Positions 25,801-39,390 are shown, numbered from the stretch's first letter. The stretch is DNA of 64,000 nt from a virus (IMGVR_UViG_3300021399_000103:32001-96000); one strand, 5' to 3'. The notes: generated by a model not told the origin, from the letters alone. A program made the numbers and translations.

Positions 25801-28544
25801 TCACCTTAAAGCCAGATGAAAATACTGGAGATATAGATTATTATTATCATCCAGGTTATTCTATTATTAATGGCAGAAGTGCTAATGACATATATAAAAG
25901 AGAAAATATAGCTGATTTGACTAAAGAGCAAGGTAGAACTAGAATTGAATTAGGTCAGTATTTTAAAATAACATCTCAATCAGAATCTTTTGTTTATTTT
26001 GACCCTCAAGAAAATTATTATTATAAAGATGATTTTGGAAATTACTTAAAAGAAAATAACGCTGCACTTAAAGAGAGTGGACAAACTTTGGCAATAACAT
26101 ATTATAAATTAATGCAATTTATAAAATTAGATGATGGATATAATATATTTATTCCTAATATGTATCGCGAAGTTCAATTGGATGCTAATGGAAAACCTGT
26201 GCTTGATACAAATGGTAATATAATTTCAACGCCTATTGAAAATTACGACGATATTAGAGGTAATAAAAAATATCAAGTATATGAAGATTTGTATATTAAA
26301 CCTGGGGAAAATGGTGCGCCAGCAGATAAAAATGAGATATTTGCGGCAGGTGCAAAATGGAATATGAATGTAACTTCTATTCCAAAAGCTCAGGATGGCA
26401 GTAATGCTTTAACTTTAAGTAGAAAAACAAATACTTGAGAAGCTAGAGAATTAAAGGATTTTGGTAATGTTTTAAATACTATTAATGGTTTAATTGTTAG
26501 AATTAATCAGAAATTAGCCGATGGTGATATGATAACAAGAGACCAGAGAACAGTTCAAGGTGCTATTAATACATTAAATGATATAATTGCTAAATTTAGT
26601 ATATTAATTCCAGGTGAATTTGCTATGGTTGATACTTATGGTAGAGTTCACAGTGGAGATTGAGATAGTAAGCAAAAGTTTAGTTATAGCAATATTGGAA
26701 ATCCAAATGCGGGCTCGGATATTCCGGACGGTGAACCGGTTGCCGCAGACAATGAACGTTGGTTAAAATTAACTACAACTTCTGGAGAAGCTACTGACTT
26801 TAAACCACACATTAAATTAGAACATACATTTAATGCAGTCGCTGATACAACCACAACAGCAAATAAAAATATCGCAACAGGAACTGGTTTAAATAAAGGT
26901 ATTGGAGATACTTTATCATTGTATACTCCAATAGTAGATAATACTGGACACGTAGTTGGTAAGAATACAGAAACTGTTACATTACCTTATGGATTTAAAA
27001 CTATTTCTACAAATGGCAGAAACAGTAATAATAATAAGATTGCCTTAGCGGCACAAGATGATATAATTGCGGACAATACTCAAGATACTCTTGGAATTAA
27101 CTCAGGTAATGAATGGATTAAGATTGAAACAAATCCTAGTACAGATGTAATTACAATTAGTCATGATGTAAAAAATGTTTCAAGTAGTGAAAGTAGCTTA
27201 AATTTATCAACAGAAATTTCTGGAACAACTACATTCGATATTCCAACTTATACATTTGATGCAACTAATCATTATTCTAGTCATGATACGAAAACATTAA
27301 CAATGCCAAATAGCTATGGTAAATTCACTGGTGATACTGGTAGTAGCGAAGCTACTGCCACACATGATACATTCAGTATTACTGGTGATACATGAGTGAC
27401 TACTGCGGCAAGTGCAGACCAAATTAGTTTAGCACATAGTGCGCCTCATGAAAAAGCGCACGCAACAGTTGCTAATGAAACTCCAAATTTCGGCAGTACA
27501 TTTACTATTAAAGATCTTGATTTTGATAATAAAGGGCATAAAGCAAATGAGGGAACTCATACAGTAACCATTCCGCAATCTAGCTTGGTAACAGATGGTT
27601 TAGGTAATGTTATGACGGGTTTATCTTTAGTACCATCTACTGGAGTATTTACCCAAAATCGAGCACTTGTTGGTTCATTAGATTTAACTGGATATAATGC
27701 AAATGAAACAAATCCATTAATTACTGCAAGTGATACTATTAATGGAGCCTTTAAGAAAATTGAAACGGTTTTAGATAATAGTAATACTACTGTTAACACT
27801 AGAATTAATAATTTTAAAGGTACTTCTGCTGATGTAAATGATTCTACGGTATATGGTATTGTTAATAGTTCAAAAAATTCTTTAATTGGTAATATAGGAG
27901 ATAGTTGAAATGGAGCAACTCCAGCGTATACTTTATACGGATTAAAAGATTATATTGATCAAGCAGTAGCGGATCAATTAAATGAAGGAATTAGATTTTC
28001 TTCTCATATTTGAGGAGTACAAGCTTTCTATAATTCAACAGAAAATCAAGTGATTTCTGTTTCAGATCAAAATTTAGATAATGCCATAGTGCCTGTTTCT
28101 ATTTTAAATGAAAAAAGTTTAACTTATGGTGCTATTAATGGTAATTGTGAAGATTATTCACTTTCTTCAGATAATTCAAATTTAACTGGAATTAAGGTTA
28201 ATGAATCTGGATTATATAGAGTTCAAGCTTGTGCTGCAGTAAAAACACAAAGTACTGCTTCAAATTTAATAAATGGTGTAAAAGTATGAGTAATGAAAAT
28301 TAATGCAAATGGTGGAAGTAAAGAAAAAATTATTTCTATTACAGAATCATTGGAAAATTCTGCAACATCAACATTAAATGCGACTTATGCTACTTCTAGT
28401 AAATTAACTCAATTGAATGCAGGAGATGTTATTTATTTAGCAGTAACTCATGTTAATAGTACAGGTGCTTCTATAAATATATTAGCAGATAATGATACAT
28501 ATATATTATTAGAAAAACTTGATGGAGAATTAGTCCAAGCTTAA
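22839..28544 (+). CDS. Large tail fibre/baseplate protein, 1901 aa (TGA=Trp), with a C-terminal C1q/BclA-like head
   Basis: Ten same-frame fragments. Fibre repeats (DNTGHVVG, DATNHYSS, DNKGHK). The C-terminus reads GIKVNESGLYRV...LNAGDVIYL. Confidence 0.7.
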
Positions 28545-28571
28545 GGAGGAGAATAATCTCCTCCTTTTTTT
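28543..28571 (+). terminator. Rho-independent terminator
   Basis: AAGGAGGAGA-ataa-TCTCCTCCTT followed by TTTTT. Confidence 0.85.
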
Positions 28572-28573
28572 AA

Positions 28574-28619
28574 GGACGAATTACATTAAAATTATATAAT
28601 TATTTTTTAAATAATACGA
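28574..28619 (+). promoter_or_regulatory. Tripartite motif copy 3; putative phage late promoter
   Basis: ggacga-N6-ttaa-N16-tttaa-ataatacga. Confidence 0.55.
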
Positions 28620-28637
28620 ATAAAGGAGGGTAAGGGC

Positions 28638-29492
28638 ATGGCAGTAAATTATGTCAAATTTATGCGTGGTACACAAGCATTATATAGTAGCCTTGGTACA
28701 AAAGATCAAGATGCTCTGTATTTTGTATATGATAATGTGAATGATGATCACGGTAAATTATACCTTGGAAATAAATTAATTTCTGGCTCTTCTTCTAATC
28801 CAAGTGGGGATATTTCTCTTTCAGATATTCAAGATATCTTATTTGATAATAATTTAGCAGATGGAGATTTCCTTGTATATGATGAAGCAGAAGGAAAATG
28901 AGTAAATAAACCTTTTGCTGAAGCATTAAATGTTCCGATTATGGTTGGCGCAACTGCATCTGCGGACGGAGTGGCTGGCTTAGTTCCAGTACCAGTAGTA
29001 GGTGATCAATTAAAATTTTTGCGAGGAGATGGAACTTGAGCGACAGTAACAGGAGAATTATCTCAACAAGATAAAGCTGATATTAATCAGCTTAAAACAC
29101 AAGTAACAACTTTAATTGGCAACGATCCAAATAAGTCTGTATCTACTATAGTTTTTGAAAAAGTTGCAGAATTATTAATTCCAGAAGACGCCCAAGAAAG
29201 TTTAGATACTTTACAAGAGATTGCTGATTGAATTCAGGATCATCCACATGATGCTGCAGAAATTAATTCTAATATTTCTATATTACAAACAAAAATTGGT
29301 AATTTAGAAGATATTATTAATGGAACAGATACAACAGAGGGATTAGAGGCAAGAGTTTCTAGTCTTGAAACTACAATGGGAACTTTTACTCCAGTAGAAG
29401 GAAGCTATTTGGATGTAAGTTCCGCAATTACTTATTTGAATAATTCAGTCACTGAAATGAATGATCGTTTAAGATGGCATGAATTAGGATAA
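28638..29492 (+). CDS. Short fibre-like structural protein, 284 aa (TGA=Trp)
   Basis: Contains GATASADGVAGLVP..KFLRGDGT[W] and SLDTLQEIAD[W]I, both common phage fibre motifs. RBS aaggagg. Confidence 0.75.
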
Positions 29493-29521
29493 TAAGTTTT
29501 TAATAGAAAGGAGGAAAGAAA

Positions 29522-31195
29522 ATGGCTTTCAATCTAATTAATTTTAAAAAAGGTACTTTGGCTCGTCTTAATGAATTAAAGACACAAAGCGGCATTGAAG
29601 AAGGCACATTTTATTTAACGATTGATGAAAATAAAGAAACCAGTAGACTATATATTGGTACTAGTACAACAACGGCTTTACCAGTTAATAGTAATATTGT
29701 TACAGTAACAAATCAATCAGAATTAAATAATACATTAAGCGCAACTCCATTTAATGATGGTGATTTTGCTTATGTAACTAATGGAAATATTTTAGCTGTT
29801 AAAATTGGTAATCAATGGAGACAAATTAATACACCTCCATCAAGTTCAGATTATAAATTTTTAACTTCAGCTGATTATAGTATAGATACATCAAATGGTG
29901 TAGCTACAATTACTTGGACAGGATACAGATCTGATAACGACGAAGTTACAGCAGATATGACTGTTACTGGAACAAATGGTGTTACTGTTAGTAGTTCTGG
30001 AACCGCGCTGACAATCAGTGGAGATCCTGCGACATTAGCTTCTACAGCAGTAAATAGTTCAAATGCAACAACTATCTCATTAAGTTCTACTGGAAATACT
30101 GCAAGTGGATCTATTGCTGTTTCAGGTGGTAATAATATTACTTTAGAAGGAGCAGCAAATAACATTAGAATTTCTGCTCAAGATACAACCAATTCTTCAT
30201 TAACAGTGACAAATGCTTCAAATGGCTTTAATATTACTGTTCAAGATAGCAACAATGATGAAGTAAGTGGTACACTTAATCCAACTATCACTTATTTGAC
30301 AAATGAAGCTGGTACAACTACAGCGAATGTGACATTCCAGAATGGAATAGCTGCGCTTGATGTTTATTCAAAAGATGAAATCAATCGTAGATTAAAAGCA
30401 CTTGATGGAATGACCTATAAGGGAACTGTTGGTGCACAAGGATCTGCGGCAACTACTATTAGTGGAATTTCTAATGTTAGTATTGGAGATACATATAAAG
30501 TAGTTAGTGACCTCTCAAGCATTCCTATTAAAGCGCCTGGAAGTAGTACTATTACAACTACTGGTACGGCTAAATTAGGCGACTTATTAATTGCCAATGG
30601 TACAGAAACAAATGGTGTAATTACTTCTGGTTTGTATTATGATATCATTCCAGCTGGCGATGATTTAATGCAAACTTATTCAGTTGTAAGTGATACTTAT
30701 GGTATCAAAATTCATGATGATGTCACAAATGATGATATTGGTGGCATTAAACTTGCAGCAGGGAAACAAATTGCATTATCTGACTCTGGAACTAATGAAA
30801 AGACAGTTACAGTTGCTCATGCAGATATATCATCAGCTACAAATGGTAATCCTACAACTGCTACAAAAATTACTCAATCAGAAAATACTCCTTTAACAAT
30901 TAATGCCGTTACTGGTTTAACTACTAATAATGGACATGTTACAGGTATTACTATTACTCCTTATGAAGTTCAAGATACAAATGCAGCTTTAACAGAATTC
31001 TCTGAATCTGTTACAGCAGGAACTGGTAATAATGCAGGTAAAATAGCTACAATTACTACAAATGCGACTTTGACTTCTGGCGCAAATACTCCAGATCCGC
31101 ATTCAGCTTCATTTAGTTTGGCATCTGATAATTTAGCAGTTACTGCACCAACAAGCAGTCAAGTAAAAGTTAATTTCGTTTGGGATACATTCTAA
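29522..31195 (+). CDS. Thr/Ser/Asn-rich fibre-like structural protein (557 aa)
   Basis: Intact ORF with no TGA; RBS aggagg. Contains FKKGT..EGTFYLTID, MTYKGTV, GDTYKV and GDLLIA fibre motifs. Confidence 0.75.
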   Translation: MAFNLINFKKGTLARLNELKTQSGIEEGTFYLTIDENKETSRLYIGTSTTTALPVNSNIVTVTNQSELNNTLSATPFNDGDFAYVTNGNILAVKIGNQWRQINTPPSSSDYKFLTSADYSIDTSNGVATITWTGYRSDNDEVTADMTVTGTNGVTVSSSGTALTISGDPATLASTAVNSSNATTISLSSTGNTASGSIAVSGGNNITLEGAANNIRISAQDTTNSSLTVTNASNGFNITVQDSNNDEVSGTLNPTITYLTNEAGTTTANVTFQNGIAALDVYSKDEINRRLKALDGMTYKGTVGAQGSAATTISGISNVSIGDTYKVVSDLSSIPIKAPGSSTITTTGTAKLGDLLIANGTETNGVITSGLYYDIIPAGDDLMQTYSVVSDTYGIKIHDDVTNDDIGGIKLAAGKQIALSDSGTNEKTVTVAHADISSATNGNPTTATKITQSENTPLTINAVTGLTTNNGHVTGITITPYEVQDTNAALTEFSESVTAGTGNNAGKIATITTNATLTSGANTPDPHSASFSLASDNLAVTAPTSSQVKVNFVWDTF

Positions 31196-31241
31196 GGACA
31201 AAAATCGTTAATAAATAATCCATATCCTTTATGTTAGTTAG
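31196..31241 (+). promoter_or_regulatory. Tripartite motif copy 4; putative phage late promoter
   Basis: ggacaa-N6-ttaa-N16-tttat-gttagttag. Confidence 0.55.
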
Positions 31242-31250
31242 AGGATATCT

Positions 31251-31287
31251 AATTGGGAAAGGGGTTATCCTCTTTCCCAATTTTTTT
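31251..31287 (+). terminator. Terminator-like hairpin
   Basis: AATTGGGAAAGGGG-ttat-CCTCTTTCCCAATT followed by a T-tract. Confidence 0.8.
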
Positions 31288-31316
31288 ATATAAAAAGGAA
31301 AGAAAGGAGAAAATAT

Positions 31317-34300
31317 ATGGCTGATAAAATAAAGTTCTGACCTATTAGGGGTACAGAAGCACAAATTTTAGATGAGAACATATGTCCATATTATGATGGT
31401 AAAATCTATTTTGCGACAGATACAAATAAAATTTATCTTGATGCAAATGGAACTAAACATTTAATGGGCGGTGGTAGTTCTGGAATTGTTTATGCCAATG
31501 GTTCTGATACTCAAATAGTAAAAACTTCAGCAGATGAGACGGATTTTGGATATACAATTGCTTTAGATGCATTGGATAATCCATTAGTTTCTCCAAAAGA
31601 AGATGATTTAATCTTAAATTCTGATGGAAGATTCTTTAGAGTTACAGGTTATAATTCTTCAACTCAGTCAATTAGTGTTATATTGCTTGCGGTTAGTGGC
31701 ACTGGAGAAGGTGGAGGCGGTGGTTCGTCATTTAAAAGAAGATTTACAATAAATCTTGAAAAACCTAATCCATCAACATTAATTAATGGGCAGAATTTTA
31801 GAATTTATTTTACTGTTAATTCTGCAATTGATGCTAATGATTTTGTGTTAGATGAAGAATTTGTTGTTTATATAACATTAGCTGAAAAAGTTGCCGGAAC
31901 ATCGAATAGTTATATTAATTATTATTCTAGTCAAAAGGATGTTGCAAATGAAACTCGTTCTTACTTTGACATTAGTGAATTTTTAAGAGAATCTACAACA
32001 ACTAAAATTACTATTTATGCAAAAGGTATTGAAAATGGTACTAGTAAAGAATATAGCACTGATGTTACTACAACAGCATTAACTTTAAATAATTCTGCAA
32101 GTTTTTCTAATTTAAGTTTATTTGCATCTAATAGTGTTAACTTATCTTGTGAAGCTATTGGTAGAATGGATAAAATATTAAATTTCTACTTTGATGGGGA
32201 TCTTGTTGAAAGTAGACATTTGTCAGCAACATCGACAGAAACTCAAACTTATAAAGTGTCTCCAGAATTAGCAACTCAAGGTGCTCATACAGTTAGAATT
32301 ACTTTAAGTCAAGCTAAAATTAACACAACGACAGAGGAATGAGAAGTTCTTACAACTTTAGATCCTCTTGAATTTGAAATTGCGGTTTATGATAGTAATT
32401 CAGAAAATTTAACTCCTATCATTTGGTTAGGAAGTTATCAAAATGAATATTATAATTATGATAATATTCAAATTCCATTTATGGTTTATAATCCTGCATC
32501 TCCTGCAAGTACAATTGTTCATTTAAAGAAAAATGGACAGGATATTGCTGGTTCTCCAAGAACCATTGAAACAGATGCTACAAATTCTCGTTCATGGAAT
32601 ATCTTTGAAATTGCCGATGCAGATATAGATATGTTAAATTATTATTCTATTTCTTGCGGAGTAACAGAAAGAACTATTACATTTATGGTCAGTCAAGACC
32701 CAAATCGTTCAATGGAATTAATAAAGAAAGATGATTTGATTCTATGCTTTGACGCTACTGGTCGTTCAAACGCAGAATCTGAATCTAATAGAATTTTAAT
32801 TAATGATGCATTGACAAAAGAGAACATTCCAGCAAGTTTTATTAACTTTAACTGGTATAATAATGGTTGAATTTTAGATAATGATAAAAAAGCATGCTTG
32901 AGAATTAGTAATGGAGCATCTTTAGAATTACCTATTGGTTCAATGATTTTGAATGATGGCGATCATATTGATCAGCAATCAGTTAGCTTTGAAATGGAAT
33001 TTAAAGTTAGAAACGTTCAAAGCTATGATAACTTAGTTTCTAATACAACTCGTTATGAAGAGGATGACAGCTATTATGCAGCATTCTTAGCGCAGGAAAA
33101 ATATAATAACTATGACTCATTCTTACATGACTATTTACCTACTATTGGAAAAGAATATGATGATTTAAAATTTAGAAAAGTCCAAAAAGATATTAATACA
33201 GAAAGAGTTGTGGCAAAATATTATTCTGGTTCTGGCGCAACTTTAACTGGTTTTGGTATTGGTCCACAAGACGCATTCTTCTCTAATGGTACTGATACTG
33301 TAAATATTTCATTTATTGAGGATAAAGTTGTTAATTTTACAATGGTATTCTCATATCCAGATCAAAGATTATATATTTATAATAATGGTGTTATTACTGG
33401 AGTTATTGCAAATAGTATTAATGATACTTTTTCTATTGCAACAGATAAGTTAGTATTTAATTCAACATATTGTGATATTGATTTATATAAATTTAGAATT
33501 TATAAAACAGCATTAAATGTTAATGAAGTAGTTCAAAACTATGCTGTTGATAAGAAGAATATTGATATTTACGATCAAAACGCTTTAGCAAAAGCTAATT
33601 CCACATTGGGAGAATATCAATTTGATTATCAAGCAATGTTAGATTATAATGAAGCACATCCAAATGCTCCATTAATGCCTTATGTTATTTATGATACAAG
33701 CAGACAAACTTCAGATCAAATATCTTATGCTAAAAAGATTAAGATTCCTATTGATTTTGAATTTGTTAACACTCCATTAGAGCTAGCATATAGAAATGGT
33801 GAATTATTAGCTTTAGCTATTGCCGATGGATTATGTACTGCAAGTTCTAGTGCAGAAGTTAAAGAAGCTGCAGTTAAAGAATACTATTTGCATCATTGCC
33901 CTAGTTTTATTAGTACAAATGCAGAAATGGCAGTGCAAGGAACTTCTTCACAGTTCTATCCTAGAAGAAATTATAAGATTAAAACACAAACAAAATTTGA
34001 TGCAGATGAACAGAAAAGAACTCATATTTATCTAAATAGAGGACCGTTCTTAAATGATTTCTTAGCAGATCAAGAATTAACAAAGAATTTTACTGAATTT
34101 GCTGATCCTACGACAGGCGAAGCTTATAAGTTAAAATCTGCACAAGATTTCTTCTATATGGATAATTACACTGTTGGTACAACTAAATTCACAATGAAGA
34201 TTGATTATATGGAATCTTCTGGAACTTATAATACAGGTTTTGCTAATTTAGTTGCAAATGCTTATTCAAAGCATCCTTTAAGTGATTATAATAAAGCTGG

Positions 34301-37300
34301 AGCTTTTGCGAAAACTGTATATGAGAAAGATAGCAGTAATAGTTTTGATGAATCTAAGACTTATTATCAAGATTCAAAAGGAAAAACTAAAGCTGAAGTT
34401 ACTGCAGAAACATATCAACCAAATACATATTATATCACAGCCTATCAGCCATATCAGTTTAGTCATTTAAATGATTACAGAACTTCTGTTCAAGGTTATA
34501 GAGTTTTAGCTTTCCACAAAAAGAAGGTAGCTGGAACAAGTGGTAGTAATTATGAATTTATCGGTTTATACAACATGAACATTGACAAAGGTTCTGATGA
34601 AATGTATGGATTTAAACCCGATAAGAGCATTGTTGGTAGCTATTTAAAAAATAAAGCTATTAGCAAAAAGGCTGAATGTTGAGAATTTGAAAATAACTCC
34701 CGTACCTTCTGTTCTTTTAGAGATCCTTGGGATAGATATGAATTAAGTTTTAAAGGCCCAGATGCTGCATGGTTTGCTGAAAGAACCGCAGATTATCCGA
34801 ATGGAAGTAATGCATTAAATGGTGCGCTCGCGCCAGTTGTTGTAGATAGTTTTGAATATCGTTATAACACAAATGACGATTTTATTGATTTATTAATTGA
34901 AACTTCTACAGCAATAGATAGTCCAGATACTTGCGCGGATATTTTAAAAGAATTCGGCGTAGATATTGCTGGAAATGCTGAAGCCGCAGGAGATTTAATT
35001 TTAGATATTTATAAGAACTGAGAAAAAGCTGTTAAGTGGGTATGGTCTACTTCTACAAAAGATATTGCTTCTCTTGGTACTTATAATGAGATTGAAGTTG
35101 GTAATGAATATCAGCCAAATAAATATTATGTCTATAATGAATCAACAGGTGTCTATGAATTAGACTCTTCTCCTACTTACAGAGAAGGTATTGTCTACAG
35201 AAATAAAGTAAGCAGAGAAGAAACTGATACAGAAACAGGAGAGAGTATTACAATTGATGAATATGTAAATGCATTTGTTAGCGCAATTCCATATGTAAAA
35301 AATACATATTATATTAAAAATGCAGATAATACATATACCTTATCTGCCGATGATTTTGATGAGTCTTTAACATATTATCAGATTACAGAATATACAGATG
35401 AGCAACTAGCAACAAGAGCCGCAAGATTGGTAGAAAAAGATTCTGACGGAGTATTTGATCCTGCCGCTGAATATTATGTATATGATGGTAGTGTTCAGGT
35501 AAAAGATATTGTTACTGGAGTAGACACTCCAACAAAGAAGATTTCTTTAACTTCTGAATCTTATATTCCAAATACTTATTATAAAGGAAAAACTGTTGTT
35601 TATAATGGTAAGAGTTATAAGTATGATACTCAAGAATATCGTTCTGCAAAATTCTTTAATGAATTAGCAGATCATTTTGATATTGAATATCTTGCTACTT
35701 ATGTTATTATGACAGAAGTTTTTGAATGCTATGACTCTCGTGGAAAGAATTTAATGATGGCTTCTTGGGGCCCTCAAAAGGCTGGTGGAGATTACATCTG
35801 GTATCCAATTTTCTATGATATTGATACTCAGTTGGGTATTAATAATACAGGTATTCCTTCATTTGCATTTAATGTAGACGCAACAGAAGCTGGAAACTAT
35901 TCAACTTCTGATAGTATTCTTTGGATGAATTTCTATAATAGATTTAAAAAGTCTTATGTTTTACAGAAATATAGACATCTAAAGGGAATTACAACTGGAG
36001 TTCCTACAAGTTGGACTAGATTAGCTAATCCACCTCTTAAGAGTATTGACTTTATTGAGAGTTGGTATGAAACAGATCCAAACGTTTGCAATAGTATTGC
36101 AATGCGTGGTACAAGACCTATGATTGCAACAAATTTGGATGAATGGTATAAATATTTAACTATCACAAATCCAAAAGGTAAGTCTACTGGCGAAACAGGC
36201 TATATGGATGACAATGGAATCTTCATTGACGATAGTGGTAAAAATACTTACTTCTATGCATTACAGGGTGATAGATCTCAATCAAGACAACAGTTCTTGT
36301 CTAATCGTATTGAATATATTGACTCTTGGTTAAATGAGGGTAACTACCAGCGTGGTGGCGCTAATAGAATTAGAGGACGTGTTGCCGCAAACAATCCGGC
36401 AAAAACATCAGACCAATGGGTAGCGTCTGCGGAAGATCCTTACTTCAAGCCAAATGGTGAGAAATCACATGAATTTGATGCTGAATATTGGATTAATTTA
36501 ACTCCTGTTAGAAGTTCATACGTTACATTAAGTGATGATAATGAAGCTTATCCATCTCAGAAATATGATGGTATAAATCCAGTTAAATTTAATATTGACG
36601 CTATTGAGAATGGTGTTAAGAATAGTGCTAACTATCCTGAGCAGTTGTTATATATCTATGGTATGAATCAGATGGCTGATTTGGGTGAGATGCATAATTT
36701 ATACTGGCAAGAATTTGAATTATCTGGTGATGCTAGAAAATTAACGACTTTAAAATTAGGTTATGATGGTAAGGATAAAGATAATAATAACTGGTATAAT
36801 AGAAATATGAATCTTCCTACTATTCCTGGAAAGAAGCCTGAAGATGATTCTGGTTTTGGTTTACCTTTATTACAAGAAGTTAATTTAAGTAATATTACAA
36901 TTAATGCAGGCTCTCCTACATTGGATTTAACAAGTTGTGAAAAATTAAGAAATTTAAGAGCAACTGGTTCAAATTACCAAAATTTCTCATTTGCAGAAGG
37001 AGTAGCTTTAGATACATTATATTTACCAGACAGCATTACTCAACTACAATTAACAGAAGCCAACTTATTAACGAAACTTTTAACAGATTATCAAGCTCCT
37101 ACTAGAAATGCTTCTTCTGGAAAACTTGAAGCAAGACCTGGTTTATATATTGAAGGATTATTTGAAAATAATATTACAAATATTAATAATATTAAATTAC
37201 TTGGTGGCGGATTAGGATATGATAGTTATAAATTATTAGCTAAATGATATTCTATTAAAGATGCTTTAGATATTGTTGGAACAGACATTGGTAGTAATCA

Positions 37301-39119
37301 AATTACCATGACTAAAGTTAAATGAAGTCCATATATTCAATTAGTTGAAGGCGACACTTATATTTCAGCTGATTCTGCAAAATATTATATGGATGATGGT
37401 CACTATGGATTTGTTCCTTATTCATATAATAGAGATACTTTTAATGCTCAGGTACTAAGTGGAGAAATTTATAAATTAGATACTAGTATTCCTACTGCAA
37501 CGATTGATCAAATTGCGGACGTAGATATGCTTGCGCAAATGATTACAAATAATCATTATACAGCAGGCACTTCACAAGTTCCAAACATTACTGGTATTAT
37601 TTATGTAAATAATACTAATCCAATAGATGAATTATATATTAAAAATACTTTAGTTAAAAATTATCCTCAATTAAAATTCTTCTTTGCTAATGTAACAAAA
37701 TGTTATTCTGCAAAATTTGTTCTACCAAAAGAAGATGGTAGTTATTCTTATGTAAAATTTCAAGATGAAAATATTACAGAATTAACAATTCAAAAAATTA
37801 GTAGTTCAGATTGATTTGAAAATCCTTATAATTTATATGTTGCTGAGAAAGATAATTATGACTTCCATGGTTGGTCAACAACTAAAGATGATACTGGTTT
37901 AATTTCATCTGAAAATTGAGCTTCAGCCAAATCTTCAGTATTTGATCCAAACGTAAATGATTATATATTCTATGCTGTTTTTACTATTCATAATTATAAA
38001 ATGTCTTATTATGTTGGAACTGATTTAGTAGCAACAAAATATATTCCTTTTGGTTCTGTACTATCAGATCCTCAAATATTGCCATATTATACTGATGATT
38101 CATTAAATTTAACAGAAAATTATAAATTCTTAGGATGAACTCAAAATGAGAGAATTAAAATTGTGGAAAGAGCAAATCAGGCTAATCTTGTTGATTTTTC
38201 AAAAATGCTATCTGTTCAAGATTATAATTTTTACGCAGCATTTAAGAAACAATCTGTATATGATGAACCTACAGATTTAAAATATTTTGATTTTAGTCCT
38301 TTAACTTACGTAGACAAAGATCGTGTATCAGAAGCTTATGGTGATGATAGTTATAACATTACTGGATATATGATTTCTATTAAAGAAAATATGCAGTTAA
38401 AAGGTAAAATAACACTTCCTTCATATTATAATGGACTACCTGTTATAGCTATTGGCCCTACTTTTGGTAAAAATACAAATGCATCTGCGGGATGACAAGG
38501 CGGAGGTGCTGAAATTACCCATATTTTCTGAAAAGTTTCAGAATCAGAGCCTTGTAAATTAAGATATATTTCTAGTTATGCTTTTGCTGGAATGAATAAT
38601 GCACCTACAAATTTACAATATATTGAGCTTCCAGAAGGATTGCGCCATATTGACGGTTCAGCATTCTTCTGTGTTAAACATCTTAAAACAATTACTCCTA
38701 TTGTTAATGGCGATATTGAAGAAAATTCTATAATATTACCTTCAACGCTTAGATTTATTGGCGCCAACGCATTCAATGGCGCTTTTGCAGAAAGTGCTAC
38801 AATTAATCGAATTGTTATTCCGTCAGAAGTTGCTCGTTTAGGAAATAGAACTTTTGGTAATATTGATGCTATTGTTTCTTTAATTGAAATAGGTACTAAG
38901 GAACAAGGATCTTCTTTGGCGCAAATTGATGATGGTATTTTAGCAAATGGTGATAGACCAGGCAATCCAATAATTAATTATACAACAAGGGGATCAATAG
39001 AATCCTTTGTATTCTATTATAAATCACCAACTATAAGAGATGCGGTACAAGATATCGTAAATTTAAATTATATTAGAGCTAATAATGTTAGTTTTGTACC
39101 AGCAAATGATTTAGTCTAA
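31317..39119 (+). CDS. Giant multidomain tail-region protein, 2600 aa (TGA=Trp): LamG-like, CotH-kinase-like, LRR, InlB B-repeat-like and BspA-type LRR domains
   Basis: RBS agaaaggag; seven same-frame fragments. LamG-like: DLYKFRIYKTALN..EVVQNY. CotH-like: QGTSSQFYPRRNYKI, MKIDYMESSG, DSRGKN, WYPIFYDIDTQLG. LRR: LQEVNLSN, LDLTSCEKLRNL. B-repeat-like: YDFHGWST, YKFLG[W]T. BspA-type: IELPEGLRHIDGSAF, LPSTLRFIGANAF. Confidence 0.75.
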
Positions 39120-39138
39120 TTAAGAAAGGAGAAAAATA

Positions 39139-39360
39139 ATGAAAAAAACTGCTTTATATACTTATTTAGGCACCAACGGAACAATTACTTCTCCTGTTCA
39201 TCTTGAAGATATTTACTATATTTTAAGATATCGCTTAGAAGCGAGTGAAAATAAAGTCCTTGTAAATGATTCAACTGGTATAACAACTAAAACGATTGTT
39301 GTTTCTGCTGAAGAGGTAGATGACTGGAAAGAAATATATTCTAAGGTCAGTTCTAAATAA
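39139..39360 (+). CDS. Small hypothetical phage protein (73 aa)
   Basis: RBS agaaaggag; intact ORF containing YTYLGTNGTITSPVHLE. Confidence 0.75.
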   Translation: MKKTALYTYLGTNGTITSPVHLEDIYYILRYRLEASENKVLVNDSTGITTKTIVVSAEEVDDWKEIYSKVSSK

Positions 39361-39390
39361 TTTAACTTAATGAAAAATTAAGTATAATAG
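39345..39390 (+). promoter_or_regulatory. Tripartite motif copy 5; putative phage late promoter
   Basis: ggtcag-N6-ataa-N16-attaa-gtataatag. Confidence 0.5.
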
